64,000 nucleotides of DNA from Eledone cirrhosa. Lineage: Eukaryota. Where the stretch lies: positions 28,582,001 to 28,646,000 of the forward strand of contig OZ024759.1 of assembly GCA_964016885.1 (NCBI GenBank), written 5' to 3'. The position numbers were made by a program, and so were the translations under genes. The notes beneath the pieces are model-generated. The model was not told the origin of the DNA and searched no databases. It saw only the letters and a program-made list of their open reading frames with translations. Below, one piece after another: positions 54,737-64,000 of the stretch (position 1 is the stretch's first letter; each line of letters opens with the position of its first letter).

Positions 54737-55349
54737 AAAATTACTTAAGAAATATTTCTAAAATAGTGGTGGTAAGAAACTCTCAGGAGTGCTGGACAGT
54801 AGCAGGAAACCCCTTCAAGCAAGTTTTTCAGCCCTTAACTTCTAAGGGCTGGAACACTTAAATTACTTTAAAACGAGTTCTAAAATAAAATAAATATTGA
54901 AGGTTTTAATCCCTATAAAAAAAATGCATGTATGGTCCCCACCTTGTACAGCGTTAGTGCTGGTGCCACAATGGAAAGCACCTAGTCCACCATGTAAGGT
55001 GGTAGTGCTGGTGCCACAAAGTGTTCTCAGTACATGCTATAAAGTGGTAGTGCTGGTGCCATAGCTCTCCTATAACTTCTTTTATAGCATGTACTGAGAA
55101 CATTTTGTGGTACCAGCACTACCACTTTACAGGGTGGACTAGGTGCTTTTCATTGTAGCTCTAGCACTACCATTTTATAGCATGTACTCTAAGCGCTTTA
55201 TTGTGAAACCAGCACTACCACCTCACATGATGGACAGGGTGCTTTTTGCTGTGGAACCAACACTACCACCTTACAGGGTGGACTGGGTGTTTTTCATTGT
55301 GTCACCAGCACTACAAGGTGGACTGTTGAGATAAAACTTGCTAACTTAC

Positions 55350-55423
55350 CAGCAATAGTGTAATCCATGTCAAATCCAAGAAATTTGACTTTCTGCATCA
55401 GCAGGCCCCGGTTTACAAAGATC
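55350..55423 (-). CDS. NT5C2: cN-II exon (74 bp) containing HAD motif I
   Basis: Acceptor ttttattatttcag, (R)[24 protein letters not shown](V), donor gtaagt. GFDMDYT is the catalytic DxD motif of the cN-II family. Confidence 0.97.
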
Positions 55424-55474
55424 CTGAAATAATAAAACATAATCATCAGATGTAGTGTCCAAGAGAGAAAGATT

Positions 55475-58400
55475 AGTTGGTACAGATCAAAAGAGAGAGG
55501 GAATGGGTTGGTACAGATTACATGAGAGAGGGATGACTGGTGCAGATCAAAAGAGAGAAGGAATGGGTTGGTACAGATTACATGAGAGAGGGATGACTGG
55601 TACAGATCAAAAGAGAGAGGGAATGGGTTGGTACAGATTACATGAGAGAGGAATGACTGGTACAGATCAAAAGAGAGAAGGAATGGGTTGGTACAGATTA
55701 CATGAGAGAGGGATGACTGGTACAGATCAAAAGAGAGAGGGAATGGGTTGGTACAGATTACATGAGAGAGGAATGACTGGTACAGATCAAAAGAGAGAGG
55801 GAATGGGTTGGTACAGATTACATGAGAGAGGAATGACTGGTACAGATCAAAAGAGAGAGGGAATGGGTTGGTACAGATTACATGAGAGAGGAATGACTGG
55901 TACAGATCAAAAGAGAGAGGGAATGGGTTGGTACAGATTACATGAGAGAGGAATGACTGGTACAGATCAAAAGAGAGAAGGAATGGGTTAGTACAGATTA
56001 CATGAGAGAGGGATGACTGGTACAGATCAAAAGAGAGAGGGAATGGGTTGGTACAGATTATATGAGAGATGGATGACTGGTACAGATCAAAAGAGAGAGG
56101 GAATGGGCTGGTACAGATTACATGAGAGAGGGATGACTGGTACAGATCAAAAGAGAGAGGGAATGAGCTGGTACAGATTACATGAGAGATGGATGACTGG
56201 TACAGATTATATGAGAGAGGGATGACTGGTACAGATCAAAAGAGAGAGGGAATGGGTTGGTACAGATTACATGAGAGAGGGATGACTGGTACAGATCAAA
56301 AGAGAGAAGGAATTAGTTGGTACAGATTATATGAGAGAGGGATGACTGGTACAGATCAAAAGAGAGAGGGAATGGGTTGGTACAGATTACATGAGAGAGG
56401 GATGACTGGTACAGATCAAAAGAGAGAAGGAATTAGTTGGTACAGATTATATGAGAGAGGGATGACTGGTACAGATCAAAAGAGAGAGGGAATGGGTTGG
56501 TACAGATTACATGAGAGAGGGATGACTGGTACAGATCAAAAGAGAGAGGGAATGGGTTGGTACAGATTATATGAGAGAGGGATGACTGGTACAGATCAAA
56601 AGAGAGAAGGAATTAGTTGGTACAGATTATATGAGAGAGGGATGACTGGTACAGATCAAAAGAGAGAAGGAATTAGTTGGTACAGATTATATGAGAGAGG
56701 GATGACTGGTACAGATCAAAAGAGAGAAGGAATTAGTTGGTACAGATTATATGAGAGAGAGATGACTGGTACAGATCAAAAGAGAGAGGGAATGGGTTGG
56801 TACAGATTACATGAGAGAGGGATGACTGGTACAGATCAAAAGAGAGAAGGAATTAGTTGGTACAGATTACATGAGAGAGGGATGACTGGTACAGATCAAA
56901 AGAGAGAAGGAATTAGTTGGTACAGATTATATGAGAGAGGGATGACTGGTACAGATCAAAAGAGAGAGGGAATGGGTTGGTACAGATTATATGAGAGAGG
57001 GATGACTGGTACAGATCAAAAGAGAGAAGGAATTAGTTGGTACAGATTATATGAGAGAGGGATGACTGGTACAGATCAAAAGAGAGAAGGAATTAGTTGG
57101 TACAGATTATATGAGAGAGGGATGACTGGTACAGATCAAAAGAGAGAGGGAATGGGCTGGTACAGATTACATGAGAGAGGGATGACTGGTACAGATCAAA
57201 AGAGAGAGGGAATGGGCTGGTACAGATTACATGAGAGAGGGATGACTGGTACAGATCAAAAGAGAGAGGGAATGGGTTGGTACAGATTACATGAGAGAGG
57301 AATGATTGGTACAGATCAAAAGAGAGAGGGAATGAGCTGGTACAGATTACATGAGAGAGGAATGACTGGTACAGATCAAAAGAGAGAGGGAATGGGTTGG
57401 TACAGATTACATGAGAGAAGAATGACTGGTACAGATCAAAAGAGAGAAGGAATGAGCTGGTACAGATTACATGAGAGAGGAATGACTGGTACAGATCAAA
57501 AGAGAGAGGGAATGGGTTGGTACAGATTACATGAGAGGAATGATTGGTACAGATCAAAAGAGAGAGGGAATGAGCTGGTACAGATTACATGAGAGAGGAA
57601 TGACTGGTACAGATCAAAAGAGAGAGGGAATGGGTTGGTACAGATTACATGAGAGAGGGATGACTGGTACAGATCAAAAGAGAGAAGGAATTAGTTGGTA
57701 CAGATTACATGAGAGAGGGATGACTGGTACAGATCAAAAGAGAGAAGGAATTAGTTGGTACAGATTATATGAGAGAGGGATGACTGGTACAGATCAAAAG
57801 AGAGAGGGAATGGGTTGGTACAGATTATATGAGAGAGGGATGACTGGTACAGATCAAAAGAGAGAAGGAATTAGTTGGTACAGATCAAAAGAGAGAAGGA
57901 ATTAGTTGGTACAGATCAAAAGAGAGAAGGAATTAGTTGGTACAGATTATATGAGAGAGGGATGACTGGTACAGATCAAAAGAGAGAGGGAATGGGCTGG
58001 TACAGATTACATGAGAGAGGGATGACTGGTACAGATCAAAAGAGAGAGGGAATGGGCTGGTACAGATTACATGAGAGAGGGATGACTGGTACAGATCAAA
58101 AGAGAGAGGGAATGGGTTGGTACAGATTACATGAGAGAGGAATGATTGGTACAGATCAAAAGAGAGAGGGAATGAGCTGGTACAGATTACATGAGAGAGG
58201 AATGACTGGTACAGATCAAAAGAGAGAGGGAATGGGTTGGTACAGATTACATGAGAGAAGAATGACTGGTACAGATCAAAAGAGAGAAGGAATGAGCTGG
58301 TACAGATTACATGAGAGAGGAATGACTGGTACAGATCAAAAGAGAGAGGGAATGGGTTGGTACAGATTACATGAGAGGAATGATTGGTACAGATCAAAAG

Positions 58401-58515
58401 AGAGAGGGAATGAGCTGGTACAGATTACATGAGAGAGGAATGACTGGTACAGATCAAAAGAGAGAGGGAATGGGTTGGTACAGATTACATGAGAGAGGGG
58501 TGAGTAAATGGTACA
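55475..58515. repeat. 3-kb 60-bp minisatellite (31+29 dimer)
   Basis: TGGTACAGATCAAAAGAGAGAGGGAATGGGT + TGGTACAGATTACATGAGAGAGGGATGAC; a block is duplicated at an 840-bp offset. Confidence 0.97.
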
Positions 58516-58999
58516 GAAGTAGAAACAAAAGACAGAAAAAAAACCCAAAGACCCAAGAAGAACAAAAAAGTAGGATGTGCGAAAAGTACCTAGATTAGAC
58601 TAAGCCAACGCCTAATATCATCATCACCATTTAATGTTCATTTTTCCACTCTAGCATGGGTTAGATGAGTTGTCCTGTTGTGAACAATACCAGGTCAGGC
58701 GACCATGTCTTGTTCATACAGAACTGATTCTAATATGTATCACAAAATTGATAGTCGTACAGGGATATAAAATATGCTAAGAAACGTATAAGATTTGTAT
58801 ATACAAGGAGGAAAGGGGTATTCCTAGCATTACTGTCTAAAGAACAAATTTTGTGGACACGATCCTAACGTGTTAGATTCTTTAGGATGTTGGGTTGGGG
58901 TCGCATCAAGCCATTGGGAAATTAGAATGCACCCCCCCCCCCCCTGCCTCGAGCACGGCTGTTGTCCTGCTGCATGGTGACATTCCTATACATACTCTG

Positions 59000-59087
59000 G
59001 TCAACACCGGTGTTTCCACCCTGGAGTCTTTCACTGTGGTTGGAGACTTCAGAGGCTTGGGTGTTTTGCGAAGGCATTCATCAGGAC
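59000..59087 (-). ncRNA. Candidate type I hammerhead
   Basis: Minus strand: GTC CTGATGA A TGCCTT...AGGGTG GAAAC ACCGGT GTT GAC. Palindromic AACACCGGTGTT stem III; stem I is only 3 bp. Confidence 0.5.
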
Positions 59088-59143
59088 ATTTATTCAGTGC
59101 ATGCTGGGGGTGCATGTGCAGCCCCCGCGAACATAACGGTGCT

Positions 59144-60290
59144 AGACCCTATTCCTAAGTCTTTTCTAGGTCCTGAGGTTTTTGGAGAGTATCTGTATTG
59201 TGCAGCATGGGTTAGACATGACCTTTGAGGGCAATCTTTACAACCAGACCCTATTCCTAAGTCTTTTCTAGGTCCTGAGGTTTTTGGAGAGTATCTGTAT
59301 TGTGCAGCATGGGTTAGACATGACCTTTGAGGGCAATCTTTACAACCAGACCCTATTCCTAAGTCTTTTCTAGGTCCTGAGGTTTTTGGAGAGTATCTCT
59401 ATTGTGCAGCATGGGTTAGACATGACCTTTGAGGGCAATCTTTACAACCAGACCCTATTCCTAAGTCTTTTCTAGGTCCTCAGGTTTTTGGAGAGTATCT
59501 GTATTGTGCAGCATGGGTTAGACATGACCTTTGAGGGCAATCTTTACAACCAGACCCTATTCCTAAGTCTTTTCTAGGTCCTGAGGTTTTTGGAGAGTAT
59601 CTCTATTGTGCAGCATGGGTTAGACATGACCTTTGAGGGCAATCTTTACAACCAGACCCTATTCCTAAGTCTTTTCTAGGTCCTCAGGTTTTTGGAGAGT
59701 ATCTCTATTGTGCAGCATGGGTTAGACATGACCTTTGAGGGCAATCTTTACAACCAGACCCTATTCCTAAGTCTTTTCTAGGTCCTGAGGTTTTTGGAGA
59801 GTATCTCTATTGTGCAGCATGGGTTAGACATGACCTTTGAGGGCAATCTTTACAACCAGACCCTATTCCTAAGTCTTTTCTAGGTCCTCAGGTTTTTGGA
59901 GAGTATCTCTATTGTGCAGCATGGGTTAGACATGACCTTTGAGGGCAATCTTTACAACCAGACCCTATTCCTAAGTCTTTTCTAGGTCCTGAGGTTTTTG
60001 GAGAGTATCTCTATTGTGCAGCATGGGTTAGACATGACCTTTGAGGGCAATCTTTACAACCAGACCCTATTCCTAAGTCTTTTCTAGGTCCTGAGGTTTT
60101 TGGAGAGTATCTCTATTGTGCAGCATGGGTTAGACATGACCTTTGAGGGCAATCTTTACAACCAGACCCTATTCCTAAGTCTTTTCTAGGTCCTCAGGTT
60201 TTTGGAGAGTATCTATATTGTGCAGCATGTTTACTTTTCCATGCTGGCATGGGTTAGACATGACCTTTGAGGGCAATCTTTTACAACCAG
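59144..60290. repeat. 102-bp tandem repeat, about 11 units
   Basis: AGACCCTATTCC at 59144, 59246, 59348 and onward. Confidence 0.97.
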
Positions 60291-60381
60291 ATGTGTTTCC
60301 TGTTACCAAACCTTTTAGTCACGTCTTAAAATATGCAGGAATACAGTGTACATAGTCATCTAAACACCAGGATATATCATC

Positions 60382-60473
<92 letters not shown>

Positions 60474-60959
60474 GCACACCCTATGCCAAAACAAATTATC
60501 TTAATTGGTTTGTATGGTATGGTAGAATTATTATTATTATTATTAGTAGTAGTAGTAGTAATAGTAGGAGCAGCAGTAGCAGCAGCAGCAGCAACCACCA
60601 CCACAACAACAGTAGACGGATGTAGGTGTATATATATACATACATGTGTGTGTGTGTGTGTGTGTAAGTGTGAGTATATATATACATATATACATACATG
60701 TGTGTGTGTGTAAGTGTGAGTATATATATACATATATATATACATATGTGTGTGCATGTGTATATGTGTATATGTGTATGTGTGTAAGTGTGAGTGCATG
60801 TATACATAAGTGTGTGTGTATGTGTGTGTGTGTGTGTGTGATTACACATATAACCAGTTATCTCCTGATTTAAATAAACTCACGTGACCTGAAGAGGTCA
60901 CGTGAGATTTGAACCAAGAATCCTGTTTTTGGCAACATTGGTTGGTAGGATGGTACCAG

Positions 60960-61740
60960 GATGGTGGTGGTGGTGGTAGTTGTGGTGGTGGTAGTGGTGG
61001 TAGTGGTGGTGGTAGTGGTGGTAGCAGGGTGGTGGTAGCAGGGTGGTGGTGGTGGTGGTGGTGGTGGTGGTGGTGGTAGTGGTGGTGGTGGTGGTAGCAG
61101 GGTGGTGGTGGTAGTTGTGGTAGTGGTGGTGGTGGTAGTGGTGGTAGTGGTGGTGGTAGTGGTGGTAGCAGGGTGGTGGTAGCAGGGTGGTGGTGGTGGT
61201 GGTGGTGGTGGTAGTGGTGGTGGTGGTGGTGGCAGGGTGGTGGTGGTGGTAACAGGGTGGTGGTGGTAGTGATGGTGGTAGCAGGGTGGTGGTGGTGGTA
61301 GTGGTGGTGGTGGTAGTGGTAGCAGGATGGTGGTGGTGGTAGTGGTGGTGGTGGTAGTCGTGGTGGTGGTAGCAGGGTGGTGGTGGTGGTGGCAGGGTGG
61401 TGGTAGTTGTGGTGGTGGTAGCAGGGTGGTGGTGGTGGTCGTGGTGGTGGTAGCAGGGTGGTGGTGGTGGTGGCAGGGTGGTGGTAGTTGTGGTGGTGGT
61501 AGCAGGGTGGTGGTGGTAGCAGGGTGGTGGTGGTGGTCGTGGTGGTGGTAGCAGGGTGGTGGTGGTAGCAGGGTGCTGGTGGTGGTGGTAGCAGGGTGGT
61601 GGTGGTAGTGGTGGTGGTAGCAGGGTAGTGGTGGTGGTAGCATGGTGGTGGTGGTGGTGGTGGTAGCAGGGTGGTGGTGGTGGTCGTGGTGGTGGTAGCA
61701 GGGTGGTGGTGGTGGTGGTGGTGGTAGCAGGGTGGTGGGG
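60960..61740. repeat. (GGT)n tract with recurring GTAGCAGG interruptions
   Basis: Directly visible; similar (GGT)n tracts at 3735-4100 and 50020-50410. Confidence 0.95.
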
Positions 61741-62214
61741 AGATATTTAATAAACTGTAATATTAAATCCTATATGAAATTGTTACAGAAGCAATTTTAT
61801 TGTTGTTGCTGTTATTGTTGTTGTTGTTTTTATTCCTATTGTTGTTGTTGCTGCTGCTGCTGCTGTTGATATTGTTCTTGTTGTTATTGTAACGTTTGTT
61901 TTTGAATCTTGTTTTATTGTCTGTGTATGTATGTGTAGGGAAAGGGGTACATATGTATGTGTGTATGTATAGGAGAGCTGGTATGTGATTATATAGTTGT
62001 TTTGGGGTGGATGGAAGGGCTCACATAAATATACATACATACATGAATAAATATACATACATACATACTTCAATACATACACATACTTACATACAGGACA
62101 TGTGCATACATAAATAAATAAATATACATACTTAAATACATACACATACATACAGGATATGTACATACATACATAAATATGCATACTTAAATATATACAC
62201 ATACATACAGGACA

Positions 62215-62374
62215 TAATTATCTCACATAATATCAAATCTATGAGATTTTGATATTATTTATTTTAAGAACAATATCTTAACATCAGTATGAGTGGCTGG
62301 TTATAGCTGGTTTGAACAAAAAGAGATGAGAAAATTCTGGCCTGATACGGCCGGTTTAAATACTAAAGGGTTAA
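62215..62374. mobile_element. Partial copy of the same MITE
   Basis: Homologous to 54580-54736; ends TAAATACTAAAGGGTTAA. Confidence 0.7.
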
Positions 62375-62559
62375 AGATAGGGTCCCTAGTCATTTGAAAA
62401 GAAATGTGAAATGAATCATTTCGTTCAAGGACACAACATGCTGCCCAGTCCAGTAATTGAGCCTACAACCTTATGACCATGAGGACAACACCTTATCCAT
62501 TAGGCCACATACCTTCCCATCATCAAATAGAAACAAATTTCTATATTTTTGTCCCTTAC

Positions 62560-62663
62560 CTTTTATCTGGATCCCTTTTGTAGACTTTGTTCTGAACAGG
62601 ATTCTTTAACTCGGAGTACATCTGGGACAGCCTCTCATCCTCATCAGGCTTCTTTAATGGCAT
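62560..62663 (-). CDS. NT5C2: Cytosolic purine 5'-nucleotidase (cN-II), probable first coding exon (exon 62560-62682, ATG at 62663)
   Basis: Minus strand: acceptor ttttctccaacag, ATG, MPLKKPDEDERLSQMYSELKNPVQNKVYKRDPDK+AG, donor gtaagg. Phase 2 joins the next exon to give KRDPDKRIFVNR (human RREAYHRVFVNR). The frame is also open upstream of the ATG, so an N-terminal extension is possible. Confidence 0.85.
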
Positions 62664-62718
62664 CTTGCTATTATGTTTGTTGCTGTTGGAGAAAACAATC
62701 ATGAGAAATGCATTTTAT

Positions 62719-63820
62719 TAAACCCTTCCATTACCATATCTTGAATATAAACATGTTAACCCTTCCATTTCCATATCTTGAATATAAACATGTTAACCCT
62801 TTTGTTACCATATCTTGAATATAAACATGTTAACCCTTCCATTACCATATCTTGAATATAAACACTTTAACCCTTTTGTTACCGTATCTTGAATATAAAC
62901 ATGTTAACCCTTCCATTACCATATCTTGAATATAAACATGTTAACCCTTCCATTACCATATCTTGAATATAAACATGTTAACCCTTCCATTACCATATCT
63001 TGAATATAAACATGTTAACCCTTTTGTTACCATATCTTGAATATAAACATGTTAACCCTTCCATTACCATATCTTGAATATAATCACTTTAACCCTTCCA
63101 TTACCATATCTTGAATATAAACATGTTAACCCTTCCATTACCATATCTTGAATATAAACACTTTAACACTTCCATTACCATATCTTGAATATAAACATGT
63201 TAACCCTTCCGTTACCATATCTTGAATATAAACACTTTAACCCTTTTGTTACCGTATCTTGAATATAAACATGTTAACCCTTCCATTACCATATCTTGAA
63301 TATAAACACTTTAACCCTTCCATTACCATATCTTGAATATAAACATGTTAACCCTTCCGTTACCATATCTTGAATATAAACACTTTAACCCTTTTGTTAC
63401 CATATCTTGAATATAAACATGTTAACCCTTCCATTACCATATCTTGAATATAAACACTTTAACCCTTCCATTACCATATCTTGAATATAAACATGTTAAC
63501 CCTTCCGTTACCATATCTTGAATATAAACACTTTAACCCTTTTGTTACCGTATCTTGAATATAAACATGTTAACCCTTCCATTACCATATCTTGAATATA
63601 ATCACTTTAACCCTTTCGTTACATATCTTGAATATAAACACTTTAACCCTTTCGTTACACATCTTGAATATAAACACTTTAACCCTTTTGTTACCATATC
63701 TTGAATATAAACATGTTAACCCTTCCATTACCATATCTTGAATATAATCACTTTAACCCTTTTGTTACATATCTTGAATATAAACACTTTAACCCTTTTG
63801 TTACCATATCTTGAATAAAA
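62719..63820. repeat. 37-bp minisatellite beginning TTAACCCTT (probably from a MITE terminus)
   Basis: About 30 units of TTAACCCTTCCATTACCATATCTTGAATATAAACATG. Confidence 0.9.
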
Positions 63821-64000
63821 GGCACTGCCTATGATTTCCAAATAATTTTGAAAATAATCAAAAATATGGAGGAATTTAGTGATATAACTTTCTTCTTATT
63901 AAACTTGTGTTTGGATCATAACATAGGTTCTTATATAAAAGGACAATGGAAGGTTTTTAGATAAATATCAAACACCTTAACTCCTTCGTAACCATGTTTC

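Noticed and set aside
55455-58598. Repetitive ORFs (MTGTDQKREGMGWYRLHERG)n
   Set aside because: 60-bp tandem repeat with frameshifts and a stop, antisense within an intron.

Overview
Repeat-saturated animal genomic DNA, most likely an octopus or related coleoid cephalopod (inferred from the SINE/LINE families and the extreme microsatellite load). The window lies inside a minus-strand gene for cytosolic purine 5'-nucleotidase (NT5C2/cN-II). Four small coding exons missed by the ORF track (62560-62663, 55350-55423, 22144-22261, 19631-19726) splice in frame to give MPLKK...[37 protein letters not shown]...[22 protein letters not shown]...HGFSFLSG. The introns are about 7.1, 33.1, 2.4 and >19.6 kb. 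They hold RTE-type LINE fragments, two tRNA-derived SINE families, TTAA/CCC piggyBac-like MITEs and many micro/minisatellites; nearly all long ORFs in the track are repeat artefacts. The most interesting signal is a set of short, non-coding fold-back (inverted-repeat) elements from several unrelated sequence families, mostly embedded in (TA)n tracts. They carry complete, partial or decayed type I hammerhead ribozyme motifs with palindromic stem III, the architecture known from Penelope-like retroelements and retrozymes. One family has an unusual ~110-nt stem II extension.
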